From Gekko japonicus (lineage: Eukaryota): a DNA stretch of 64,000 nt. Shown in pieces: positions 1-11,879 of the stretch (the stretch's first letter is position 1; every line of letters starts with the position of its first letter). Under the pieces are notes generated by a model. The model had not been told where the DNA came from. It saw only the letters and a list, made by a program, of their open reading frames with translations, and made no database searches. The DNA is taken from assembly GCF_001447785.1 (NCBI RefSeq), contig NW_015173687.1:724694-788693 (forward strand), given 5' to 3'. A program made the position numbers and the translations under genes.

Positions 1-359
1 CCATGTGCTACTGTAATAATTAAAGTAGATGGAGAAGTACTCCCCTTGGTCACTGACCTTCAGATTTGTAATTCTCTTTTTATGGACACCTTCCAAAGCT
101 CATATTGCCTTCTGCATGTGGCATGTTTTTATTCAGACCAGATTTTCTGTGGTCAGGGATAGGAGTGAATCATTTAATATACTATATGTTCTTGCCCAAA
201 GCTTGGGGGTGGGGAGCAGACCAGGCTGTAAGTCTGAGTGTTACAATTTTCTAAAGACAGAAAATGTATCATAGAGTTGTAGGAATGGAATGGTGTTCAT
301 TTGTCTTCCAGGGCACGTATTGGCAGCTTTGTTTTAAACCAGATGTTCCAGTTGTGTTT

Positions 360-570
360 TGCCATCAAGTTGCAGTAGACTTATTGCAACCCCGTAGAGT
401 TTTCAAGGCAAGAGACATTCAGATGTGTTTTGTCATCGCCTGGCTCTGTGTAATGGCCCTGGTATTCCTTGGTGGTTTCCCACCCAAGTACTAACCAGGG
501 CTGACCCTGTTTAGCTTCTGAGATCTGACGGGATCGGGCTAGCCTGGCCCATCCAGGTCAGGTCAGGGCA
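360..570 (-). mobile_element. 5S rRNA-derived SINE (SINE3-type) with RTE-like 3' tail
   Basis: Reverse strand reads CCCGATCCCGTCAGATCTCAGAAGCTAAACAGGGTCAGCCCTGGTTAGTACTTGGGTGGGAAACCACCAAGGAATACCAGG, matching the 5S rRNA internal region, then a ...TGCCTTGAAAAC... tail; same family at 21243 and 46790. Confidence 0.75.
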
Positions 571-2149
571 GCTGAAGTTGTGTGTAGCCCCAGTCTTTTT
601 CTTGTATCTGAATTCAAATGGCCTGGGTTTATGAAATGTTAGGATACTGTACTTGCCAGGGTAGTAGTAGTTAATACAAATGCATGCTTTAAGCCTTGCC
701 CCAAGTCCAACTAGTTTCTCGAGTGCCTTGGGCTATAGCTCACAGCTGAAATAGGGGATGCGTCCAATGCCAGATATTTCTACACAGGAAATGCATAAAA
801 GTGCATGTATGTGCTGACTACAGTGTGGATCAAAGGCAGATAAGGCCAGGTGAATCCATTTCTGGGGCCAAAGCTCTTTTGCAGCAGGTGGGTAAAATCT
901 GGCCCAAGGAGTACCACTTGGTGTCCTAGTTGCCAGCTTTTATGCAAGAGACCCATGAGAAAGGACTGATAAACAGAAGTGTTGGCAACCCCCATTCTGG
1001 GAAGTGGGGCTCTGGCTGGCCCCACTCCATCACCTTCTCAAAGTGGTGCTTGAAGAAGAGTTGCTTACCAATGCCTCCGTGTCACTATTGCATAGTATTT
1101 GAGGTACTCATGACTTGGAATGGGCTATGGTTGTATATTGTACTTTTAATTGGAGGCTTTTTTAAAAAAATCCCTCCCCCCAAAAAAACCCTTAGCCTAA
1201 TCTTGCAAAACTTTTGGGGTTTCCCCAGTGCACTTAAATCTGCCTAAAATCTTGTGGAATTACAATGGCTGGCCACTATCCAAAGCATTATATGGGTGTG
1301 TGTGTTCAGCTGCTTTAGATATTCCAATGCATTGAATAGAATAGCTGTTGAAAAACAAGTCACAGAATAAGAGAGACTTGAGACTTCAGACATCATTTTG
1401 TTATGAAGCATCCACCCATGCTTTTGGGTTCATGGCAAAACACCTGTTGCTGTTTAACCCTATCATTTGAAATGTGCAGGCTTGAGGCATATTATCCTGT
1501 CTGTATACATAGAAGTGCACACTGTGGGTTCGGTTTCTAGAAACATAAGCGCTGGATGGGACTTTATGGGTTATCTAGTCCAGCTCCCTGCCCAAAGCAG
1601 GATATTCACAACTACCTCCCCCCATAAATGGAAGTATGCTAAACCACCAAAAGTGGCCTTTGAAAAATAGAAGCAAATGTATCCCAATCAACGTTTGGCC
1701 AGTAGTAAAATAGTTATTTTCTGTAGTTGTTTGTAGTGCCAACTTAACGTTTATTGAAGTAACTCTGCTTGACAAACTACTGTTATTTAAGAGCATGAAT
1801 ACACCTACATAGTGGCCTATAATTTTTCTGGGTATGACTACTAGTATGTAATTTCACCATTCTTTTAAATTTAATATTTCCCCCCCATGTGAGGACTTGG
1901 TGTTCAAATTTATACCTCCGTGTGAATAGGACAGCAGGTGTTACACCTTTAGGTATCGGCCGAGGCTCCTTTTTCAGATATGCAGGTGCAAGCAATTTTT
2001 TTTAAACTAGTGCAGCTTTGGGCACCTGCTCAAAATAATTTGCCCACTGCCTTGCGATTAATGCGTTTGGCTATCTTGGAACGTTGTATACCATGTGAAT
2101 AACCCATAATATAATTGTGCTAAAAACGGACTATATTTGCACCCGTCTA

Positions 2150-3085
2150 GGAATGACCGACATACTTACGGCCCTTGTCCCTGATTTTTAAAGTCGGCAC
2201 ACCTATGATACAGCGCGAAGACGGCTGGCTGGATTTTGACGGGGCAACGTTCCAAACCCTCACCCATTACTCTCGCCGGGTGATGTGCAGCTTAACCCAC
2301 CTCGGGGGTTGTTACGAAAACACAGTGGAAGAGGCGGAAAAAGGGAACCCCACCAGCCCGTATCTGATTTATTCAAGATGGCTTACTCCCAGGCACGCGC
2401 GCGTGAGACGGCAGCCGTGCTTCTCGGAGGAAGGCCGGGATAAAAAAATGTCACGGCGACGGGAGCTAGAACTACCGCAAAGGGCTTCTTTCCCCGGTCT
2501 AGGCTGGCGCGTGGGATGAAGGAGGACCGTAAGGGAGCTCCGCAATGGCTGCCTTCCCGGCGGCAGGAAGGAAGGAAGGAGCGAAAGGGGAAGGCGGTCG
2601 CCTTAGGCCGGGCCGACGAGGCGGGGGCGCGTCATCATGGCCCAGCCTCTCTCCCCCGCTGTTTATTCACGCCGTTCGGTAGTGAGGAGACGAACGGAGC
2701 TGGCGCGTTCCGCGGGGCCGTGGTAGGTCACGCCCCCCGCCAGCTTGGCGGTGAAAGCGGCTGCAACGCCTCATGGGGGCAGAGGGAGAGAGACACGAGG
2801 AGGCCGGCCGAACATTGACCCCGTTCCCTAGGTGGGGTGCGGTAGGCGGGGGCTTCCTTGTGTTATTGCAGCCCCGCGCAATTCGGTTAAGCAGCAGGGA
2901 GAGGGTGGGGGTGTTGCGGGGTGGGCGCGATTTCAAACCTCCACGTTCGGTGTGCCTTTATTTATTTCGATTTATAGCCCGCCCTCCCCACAAAAGCGGG
3001 CTCAGGGCGGGTCACAGACAGGTAGGGGGCGTGTGGGGGTCCCGCTGTCAGGGCGGACGGGAATCCTTTCGTCTCTTCCCGAGCC
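2150..3085 (+). promoter_or_regulatory. CpG island / DPH7 promoter, probably containing a non-coding first exon
   Basis: Dense CpG and GC content about 1-1.8 kb upstream of the first coding exon; YY1-like CAAGATGGC near 2373; candidate donor G|GTAGGT at 2722/2723; the first coding exon is preceded by an acceptor, implying an upstream exon. Confidence 0.7.
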
Positions 3086-3102
3086 CTCTTTGGGGGATGG
3101 AC

Positions 3103-3222
3103 TGTGTGTGTGTGTGTGNNNNNNNNNNNNNNNNNNNNNNNNNNNNNNNNNNNNNNNNNNNNNNNNNNNNNNNNNNNNNNNNNNNNNNNNNNNNNNNNNN
3201 NNNNNNNNNNNNNNNNNNNNNN
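3103..3222. other. (TG)n microsatellite running into an assembly gap (N at 3119-3222)
   Basis: Directly visible TG repeat followed by 104 N. Confidence 0.95.
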
Positions 3223-3989
3223 TTATTTTGGATGGTTTTTTTCTGTGGGTGTTGGTAGGTTCAGGGGGAGCGGAGGCTTTAAAATTCCCAGAGGAAAGGA
3301 GAGAAAAGGCTGTTTATTTATAATACATGTGGTGTGACTTTGGTCTACTGGTGGAATGTTAAAGAAGAGAACCTTTACAGCTCCTATAATAGGCCACTGA
3401 AGAAGTGTGGGGATATATATGAGGGTAAGGGGAATGTGGATTTCAAACATAGACTACTTTGCTAGTGTGTGGCTCATCTGTCAGAGTGGTAGAGGGCTTA
3501 AGAGGGGAATTTTTGCTTAAACTCCACTCCACTCTGGGGATAGATTGTAGGCAGTATGACAGGGCTATGAGGTGAACCATTCACAGATGTATCTACAGTG
3601 AGGGCAGAGGTGCGCTTGGGAGGGGGCCTTAAGCTTTGTGTGTGTGTGTGGTAGCTGTTTTTTGGGGGGTCTGAAAGGAGGAACTCTGATCTGCATGTTC
3701 CCTGCTAAAGGGCATCTTGTGAGTTCAGAATTGGACTGTAAACATGTGACAAGATTATGTGTTAAGAAAGGATTTCAATCCACATTGGTGACTGTGAAGT
3801 CGAAGCTACAAATTTGTAACTGTGCCAGATCAGTTAATACAACATAGAAGGAGGTACTTAATGATCCTTGGGGATTGGACTTGGCTGCTTGGCCTTGAAT
3901 GCTGTGTGTGACTGTAGAATTTCAAAATCACTGATTTGTTTTCTGGGTCTCCCTCCTTTCCTTCCAGACAAGGATGAGTGTTCTCTGAC

Positions 3990-4130
3990 ATGGCTTCGCA
4001 GTGCAAGATACAAACATTGCAAGTGGTGGATACCGAATATAGTGCTGATGCTGTAGAGTGGTGCCCTGTGGAAGGCTGGCATAACATCTTGGCATGTGGC
4101 ACCTACCAGCTGAAGAAACCTGATGGCAAG
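3990..4130 (+). CDS. DPH7: DPH7 (diphthine methylesterase, WDR85) coding exon 1
   Basis: ATG 3990 in gacATGg context; MASQCKIQTLQVVDTEYSADAVEWCP...LACGTYQL typical of the DPH7 N-terminus; acceptor ends 3967, donor GTGAGT 4131. Confidence 0.93.
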
Positions 4131-4958
4131 GTGAGTGGAACAGCCTGTGGCAGAGAGCCATCTGGGATGGTTTCCAGACAGCACTGGATGCAAGTTAAGA
4201 GACTGGTTGTTAGGATTAGTGCTGTAACTTATTGAATATTGAGATGGATTTATTCTGCATTTTGTTCTTTTCCCCTTTATCTCTCTCCCCCCCCCCCCCC
4301 CAATTCTGGGACATTAGGTTCAGAGTGAGATGCCAAATGAAGTCAAGTGCAGGGCTCATAGTACAAAGTCTGTGAGTCACGATTTTGCCTGGACAAAAAA
4401 ATTCACTAGTCGCCCTAAGACAAAACACTTTTCTCTCTGCTTCTGCACTTCCACCTCCATCTTTGTAATTTGTAGGGTATAATGGGTAGGTAGAAGAACT
4501 GGCCTACTTTGCACAGCTATTGTAAGAATTACTGAGTTAATGCATGAGAAGTATATTGACCACCCATATTGGTACAAAGGTTTTTGTTTTGTTTTGCTGG
4601 ATTGGTGCATTTTTTGATGCTTGGCAGTATTTTACTTGGAAGTGAACTGTACTTTTGCTAAAGAATAAGACAGCTGGATGATACTGAGGGCACATTGTGA
4701 GCCCTGGCTTTCTGACTTTGATCCAATGAAAGGTAGAAGGTTCCTCTTGTGTTTCTAACAAGTCTGAAGAGGGCTGCTGTGACCTGTCACCCACTGGGGA
4801 TGTGACTGTGGCCTTTGTCCTCAATTAAGGTTTGATTTATCTGTGAATCTCTGATCTCCTTTGTGAGGCAGTTTTCTGATTCAGCGATAGCAACTTGATG
4901 AGGTGGATGGGCAAGAGATGCTAAAAGTAGCAAGTTTCTATTCTGCTTCCTTTCACAG

Positions 4959-5089
4959 AACCCTGATGAGAGCAATGAGCCCCATGTCCGGCTGGGCCGA
5001 CTCTACCTGTATCACTTTGAAGAGCAGGTTTTTGCACCACTGACTGAGGTCCAGAGGCTAGAAACAGCTGCTGTGCTGGATATTAAATG
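4959..5089 (+). CDS. DPH7: DPH7 coding exon 2
   Basis: [20 protein letters not shown]...AAVLDIK(W); AG/GT boundaries, phase 0 to 2. Confidence 0.92.
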
Positions 5090-5493
5090 GTACTAGTGTA
5101 GGCCCAGATGAGATATTTTGAGGGGTTCTCTTGCATATCATTGTGATTAGTATATGATGGTTATTTTGTTGGGAGGAGGGTGGTAATATTCCACAGCCGA
5201 CATGTATATGTTTTTACCAACCTGTACCCTAAAGATGTTGCTTTATACATCTCCGATGGAAGCCACTTTTGGATCTGGGTTCACCTCTTCCATAGATGCT
5301 GTGTGGCCATGGGCAAAGAACCCTGCTTCTGCTTCAGTCTGTAAAATTGATACAGTTGCCAACCTCATAGCATTGTTGTGAAGCTAAACAAGATAGACGG
5401 TGTGAATTGAACGGCCTGTTTCTAATTTGAATCTGCACTGCCATTTACTAAATAGTACTGGTGGTGACACGGTTTTCTAGTGTAGATCAGTGA

Positions 5494-7283
5494 TTTTTTT
5501 TTTTAAACCCCCGAAGGGGTATTTTTATTTTTCATTAAACTACAAACTACAAAGAAAATTAGGAAGGGAAACTACAACTAGGGATAAAGGAAAGATAACC
5601 ACACTAAACTAAAAAACCAAGAGAAGGAGATCTTATTTCTGTTCGTGTAAATATTAGTACCACAAGTGTTAATATCACAATATACTTATAGAGTTCCTGC
5701 TCATCTTCCATGTTTATATGTTACTATGTTAGTTGTTATGAGAGAACTTTCTGATCATCTTCGTATTCTTCGCTTCAAAAGGCCAATTTCCGAATCCTTC
5801 TGCCTTTACTTCGGCTTTCTGACTCTAAAATCGTAGACAACTTTGGCAGGTCCTGCACCCATTTCTGTAGCAGAGTCTTCTTCCATTCCAGAGGTAGCAG
5901 AGTCACTGGATTTCGTTTCTTCCTCCTTAGACTCTTCCTCTGTTCCAAGCTGATGCCGCAAAAACTCTTTAGCCTTAAAAACATGAGTCTATCTTCTCTC
6001 TTTTGTTGTTAATCTTAAAGATGACACCTTCCGAGATCGCCCACCTGTACGTTATTCCATTAGTTTAAAGAAAAGCAATCAAATCTTTGTAATTTTTCCT
6101 CTTTTGCTGGATTTCAAATGGAATGTCTTTTAGCGTCTTGATGATTACATTTCCCATTTTCAGTGGAGTTGCTGATGTTGCTTTTAAAATAGCATCTCTA
6201 GTCTGTCTTCTTGAGAATCTGACCACAATTTCTCCAGGTAGGCTATTTTTTTTATATATAGTTGGCCCACCTCCATATCTTTTATCAGTTCATCCGCTGT
6301 AAAGCCTATCACTGGAGCGATGATCTCGCTAAGCAGCCTCCTCAGATCCTCTTTCGCTGCTTCAGGAACTCCCTGGAACCTGATAATCATATTGGCTTTT
6401 CCCATCTGTAATTGCAGTACACGGTTTTCTTGAAGATTCTGCTTTATTTCCACTTCTCTCAGTCTTTTCTTCAACTTCTTATTTGTGGTGTCCATCTCTT
6501 GGATTTTCTCATTAGCCTGCTCCACTTTCTTTTCCGTTTCATTCAGCTGGAGCTGTTGAGATGCAAAGTTCTTGTTCATCACAGTCAGTTGCTGGTTAAT
6601 ACCATCGAGTTGCTCCATCCGGTCAGCTTTAGCATAGCCGCTAGTACTTTAATGACATCTGCCCCCTCTTTCGGTTTGGGACTCTGACTGCCTGGCGGTT
6701 TCGTTTTTAACTTTGGATGCTGGGCTGCCATTTTTCCGATTTGTTTACACTTCCCACCGCTTCCTCCCGACTCGAGAAACTCGCCCCACGATGTCAAAAA
6801 TCAAGTAAGTCTCTCACAGCACACATGCTGCTTTCCTCCACTCTCCCCCTTCGCGTCGTTTATTGGTTACCTCGCATAAGAGGCGTCCCTCTTTGCGTCC
6901 ATTTCCTCCTACACCGGGGGGGGGGGGTCTGCTTTTTTAATAGTCCGCTTTATTCAGAACTCACATTCATTGTCGGTCAGATTCTCTGACCACGCTGCAT
7001 TTTAACGATATTCCGCTTGATCTCCGGCGCTTGTCCCGGTCAAACCAGCTTGTGCCCGAAGGCCACACAGCAACTGGACCGTCAGGGCGGAGGGGAGCCT
7101 CGATTCTCCGGCATTACGCCATCGAAGAGGCTACTCCTCAGAAGCCCTCTGGCCTGGAGCCTATCGCAAAGGCTCCGCGGGGGTGTCACTTGAGGTGGCA
7201 CCCCTCCAGGCCGCTGGTGTGCGATTCGCCCTCCCGCGGTTTGGGGAGAGCGTCTGCCATTGCTGCTTCGTAAACCGGAAGTC
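5494..7283 (-). mobile_element. Full-length ORF1-only L1 derivative (HAL1-like), ORF1 decayed
   Basis: 9-bp TSD GATCAGTGA (5485-5493 and 7284-7292), poly(A) at 5494-5504, CpG-rich 5' UTR starting GACTTCCGG, ORF1 ATG at 6731 with coiled coil, IRFQGVPE and GITYRWAISEGVIF motifs; no ORF2. Confidence 0.85.
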
Positions 7284-7466
7284 GATCAGTGAAATATTTA
7301 CTGACTTTAGGACTTGGCATGGTTACATACACTGGAAGCAACAATTAAAACGGTTCAAGTGAATTAAAAGGATCCCCTTTTGCATTTTCTTCCTAAAGAA
7401 AGGCTTGATGTAGTGACCATTCTGTTGGACATCAGGTAAAGCTCTTCTTGTGGATTCCTTTTCAAG

Positions 7467-7554
7467 GTCCCATGTTCCTGTTGCAGAGCATCCCTTGCTG
7501 GCCGTTGCAAATGCCAAAGGAGCAGTGGAGCTTTGCTGCCTGACAGGAGATGAG
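7467..7554 (+). CDS. DPH7: DPH7 coding exon 3
   Basis: (W)SHVPVAEHPLLAVANAKGAVELCCLTGDE; phase 2 to 0. Confidence 0.92.
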
Positions 7555-7679
7555 GTAGGTGAGATTGAGACAGTCAAAGTAGCTCCCTTCACAAATTGTA
7601 CTTAGTGTTTGAGAACAATGTCCTTGAGGAAAAGAGAACAGTCAAAAGTTGATAGGTGGGAGAAACAATAAGGGAAATG

Positions 7680-8073
7680 GGCTGCATTCAGGCATCACAA
7701 TAAACCATAAACCACAGTTTTATCAAACAGCCACAATCCTATTAACTGGGATTTCAATCTAGTGTTTGTAAACTGTCCCCCCCCCCCCAAATCACACTAG
7801 TACTGATTGTGGTTTGTTTTAATGGCTGAATTCACAAACATTTTGAGTAGGGAGGATGTCCTCTTTTCTTATTTTTTAAGACTATTTTTAAAGAAGTACA
7901 GTTTTACAAATGCACTTATTGTTCATAGTTAATGTCCTCTCTACCTGGAAGTGGAGATGAGGCAAGAAGCAGATAAACTGAGGTTTATTCACAAACGGAA
8001 GTTTATTATTCCTGGTAGACTAGCTAGAGTTGGTTGCCCAAAGCATCATTTATTTTGATGTCTGAATGCAGCC
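7680..8073. mobile_element. Non-autonomous DNA transposon (MITE), Harbinger-like
   Basis: 18-bp terminal inverted repeat GGCTGCATTCAG(G/A)CATCA with one mismatch; related sequence near 27455-27775. Confidence 0.6.
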
Positions 8074-8375
8074 ATAGAAATATGAACACAGTTGGAGAAA
8101 AGATTGCCAGAAAATTCTTGTGTAATAACTGTAGAATCCTTCACGAACTTATGGTGGGGTATGTGAATTCCTAACCCAAAGTCTGGGGAGAACACCCTCT
8201 CTCTCTTACAGGAACTAAAAATCACTCTCCATTTCTTGCTTGTTTGTAATGTGCTTCTTTACCTAAAGAAATGGCATTTGCAGAGGTGTCCAGCTGGGTT
8301 CTGGAACTGGTGTTGGATTACATGCTCTTTCTTAGGTCTGTTTGACCTTGATCAGCTTCCTTTTCTCTCCAGTAG

Positions 8376-8470
8376 AAGAAGAGCTGCAGGCTGGAACCGC
8401 TGTGCAGCATTGACCTCGGAGATGAATGCCTTGCTTTGTCTCTGGACTGGTCTATGGGACGAAAGCAGGG
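8376..8470 (+). CDS. DPH7: DPH7 coding exon 4
   Basis: [31 protein letters not shown]; CLALSLDWS motif; acceptor is tandem CAG-TAG-AAG; phase 0 to 2. Confidence 0.9.
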
Positions 8471-9242
8471 GTGAGCAGCGGCCAAAAAATGGAAAACTCG
8501 GTCGGTTGGTGGGGGTAAACTTTCTCTAGCATTGCCCTATTCCAAGAGCTGAGGAAATGCAACTTGTTTCTGTTTGGCCACTGTGGGGAACAGGATGCTG
8601 GTGTAGAAGCACCTTTGTTCTGATCCAACAGGGATTTTCTTACAATTCTTCCACCAAGCTGAAATTTCTGTTGTAGAGTTTTTGCAGTAGACAGGAATGC
8701 TTCCTTTGTATCCACTTTTTCCTTTCATTGCTGACGTGTAGGACTGAGCTATACATGTTTTGGATGACGGCAGAAACAGTTAAAAGGCATGGCTACTTGC
8801 AGCTCGTGGCTTGCAGTGTGGCTTGTTCATAGTCACATTTCTAACTGTTCTTGCTACCGATGGCCACCGATAGCAGCTGTAAATACCACATTTGCAGTCC
8901 ACCCTTACTTGAAAGAGCTCAGAGAGGCATACGTGATTTCTCCCCACCTTTCCCCTCACAAATACCTTATAAAGTGGGTCAGACTGAGAGACTGTGACTG
9001 GCAGAAAGTCATCCATTGAGCTGAGTGGGGATTAGAACAGAAGTCTGCCCAACCTTAGTCTGGCGTACTGTTATCTGATAACTTTTTTTTTTAATTGTTA
9101 CAGCTGTTATGATTGCTGCATTTCCTATGCATGGGTGGCGGGAAAGATTAAAAAATGGGCAGTCACACTCACCTCTATAGTGGAAGCTTCTCCATCTAAG
9201 GACCACCAATGAATCCTTGTGGTTTTGTACTTCTTGTTAAAG

Positions 9243-9409
9243 GGGACCCCCACTGCAGTTGGTCAGCAGTGATTCCAAAGGGAGACTGAGCTTGCTGTCT
9301 GTCGATGAATCGTCACCTTCTGTGTGCATTCAGGAACAGTGGAAGGCACATGATTTTGAGGCCTGGATTGCTGCATTTGACTACTGGAACGCACACGTTG
9401 TCTACTCAG
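9243..9409 (+). CDS. DPH7: DPH7 coding exon 5
   Basis: [10 protein letters not shown]...[23 protein letters not shown](G) WD40 repeat; phase 2 to 1. Confidence 0.93.
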
Positions 9410-10991
9410 GTCAGTGAATGGCAGGACTTTGCTTTTGCAGAAAGTACTGGAGACTTTCCTTTCTCATTTCCAATGACTGTCATGCAGGACTACCACCAGC
9501 ATAGCCTGAACATGTGCCTAACTGCATTTACACCACTGAGCACAGACTACAGCACCTTGGTGAAGTGCTCATGAGGTCTAGGCCATATTGATACAATCTC
9601 TCATTCTTGGTTTGGTAAGCCACCCTGAATTGCAGGAAGGGTGAGATGGTAAGCCTTGGCTCCACCCCACCCCCTGCTATTTTTAAAGGCATTTCCCTAA
9701 TCTTCATGCTGATACAGAAGCACATCTATAATCAAGCAAAGAGTTAAATGTCTTCATAGGAAAATATGTTTTCTTATGCCAGGGAATGTCCTTCCCCCTC
9801 TGAGTGTTTGGGCATCTCTTTGCTGGGGGTTCCTAGCACTGTATGATGTTCCCCTCTGCCATGTTTCTCTTTTACAGCAAGGGAGGAGTCCACTGGTTCC
9901 TACTTCTGGAGTCCAGCAATTAGGGTATACTTTGGCTTTCCATCTAACTGCTGTTCTTTTACGTTAATGCCTTCAGACAGCCACTTTTGGTTGTCATAGG
10001 AGTGTCCGTGGGGGCTCCTAAAATAAATTAATTGAGATTATAATGAGGGGGAGGGGGAGTTTTAGCCTTAATATCAGCTTTAGCTACCATTCCATGTATC
10101 TCTTTCCTTAGACTTGGGGTGGGGAGAGGCAGATTTCATCTCCATAAGACAAGCTCTGGATCAATGACAGTTGTGCTGTTTGCCAAATATTTGTGCTTTA
10201 TATTTTGACTCTAGAAATTGACCTAGTCAGAGTTTCAAATTGCTTGGGGCCTATAGCTGGAGAAATCTGGCATTTAATTCCCCTCTTGAAAGCTTGTTGT
10301 TTTGAATGGGGGTTGATTTTCCTGAGGAGTTTTGCAAGCACTAGCAGCAAGGCTTTGTGTCAGCAATTGCCTACTGCCCTTCAGATTATTCTTTGTGAAG
10401 CTGCCTTTGAAGACTGCTCAGAAATTTGTTGTTGGACCATAATTCAGTAGAGAAGCTACTGATCAGAGGACATTATTGGAAATTCATCTTGCCTGTTCAG
10501 AAAGAACTTCATAGGCTTCCAATTTATTACTGGCCATAATTTAAATTCTTGCTTTTTTAAAGTCTTGAACTGTCTAGGACCAGAATACCCGAGGGGTCAC
10601 CTGTCCAATTGCTAAGATTCTCAGTGAAGGAAGGCCCTGTTCATTATGTCCCCGCTGCCTGGGAGAAAGCGGGGCTTCTAGGACAGGGCTTTTTCTGCAG
10701 TGGTACTCTGTTGGTAGAAGTCTCCCCTGTATCAGGTTGACTGGCATCTGTTGCAATGGAGACACTGGATCATCTTCTGTTATTCTGCCATCAATGGGCA
10801 GCCCCTTAGAATTACTCCCAGTCTGAACAAATATCAACTCCCCCTGGAACTTTGGGTAATAGCCCCACTGCTGGCAGTCTCAGATCTAGAAATAACATGT
10901 GTTGTGGCAAAATATCTAAAAGTAAATCTCCCTTAAAACAACATTGAAATGTGGTTTGTATTAAGCTAAAAAGAAATTATAGGTTTACTTT

Positions 10992-11325
10992 GGCCCGTAA
11001 AACGTGGGGGAGGCGTGGCTCTTTGCACCGTTGCAATCTGATGTGCGATTAGGCAATCAGACTTGATGGCGGCACACCGGGGCTTCCATTGTCGGCAAGA
11101 GCAGCAAAGAGGACACTGGCGTGATCACACCACAGGAGGCAGCCCGTGGCAAACCATTTGCTGGTAGGTCGATCCTGGTAGCTTTTAACTATGTGGCTTC
11201 GGCGGCTTGCCACGGGTTGGCCACGGGAGTGCTACGTCTCCCAGATGTTCCAGTGAGATCGCGCCCGGAAAATCCGCTGGAGTACCGTGCTTTCAGCGGG
11301 GCAAATGCTCCGTGTGACCGGGCCT
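10992..11325. mobile_element. CpG-rich insertion with degenerate terminal inverted repeats (possible Harbinger-type MITE)
   Basis: GGCCCG...TTTGCACCGTTGCAA at left versus TTTCAGCGGGGCAAA...CGGGCC at right; sharp CpG enrichment in an AT-rich intron. Confidence 0.4.
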
Positions 11326-11790
11326 TACAAGATCTACTTATAGGGCTTTTAGATTCGTATATAAATTTAAATTTAAACTGATGTTTTCGCATTGTAGAAG
11401 TCTGTATTTTATAATTCCCTGTCTTCTTGTATATATTTTATATTCTATCAGGTTTAATATTTTATATATATCTTATGCTTATAGAGAATATTGTATTCTT
11501 TTAATTATATTATTCATGGTCTTACACTTCGCGAAGGTGATGATTTTGTGATGATTATGTAACATTGTTTTGAACCTTGTTTTACCTGCTGCTATGTATT
11601 GCTGTATGCTATTTTAAATTGTTGACGTGTTGTGCTTATAAGCCTATAAGCTTAAGACCTATAGTCAAATAAGTTAATAAATCAAGAAATACATGTTGTA
11701 TTGTTTGTAAATTGTTGCTGTGTGGTGTGTTAGTGATTTCTGTATAGTGGGTGCTCTCTGTTCCATGTGTACTGCAAAGGAAGGACATCT

Positions 11791-11879
11791 TAAAGGTAAA
11801 GGTTTCCCTTGCTCAAAAGCGAGTCAAATCCGACTCTAGGGGGCAGTGCAGTCATTTATAGCCGAAAGCTGGAGCGTTA
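11791..11879 (-). mobile_element. Sauria SINE 3' fragment
   Basis: AAAGGTAAAGGTTTCCCTTGCTC...GACTCTAGGG is the reverse complement of the 3' end of the full copy at 46948-47297. Confidence 0.8.

Noticed and set aside
1-2100. Possible 3' end of ZMYND19, expected upstream of DPH7 by synteny
   Set aside because: No MYND-finger coding exon is visible; UTR cannot be identified from sequence alone
2175-3337. Several 100-160 aa ORFs in the CpG island
   Set aside because: Stop-poor GC-rich DNA, some running through the N gap; no recognisable protein
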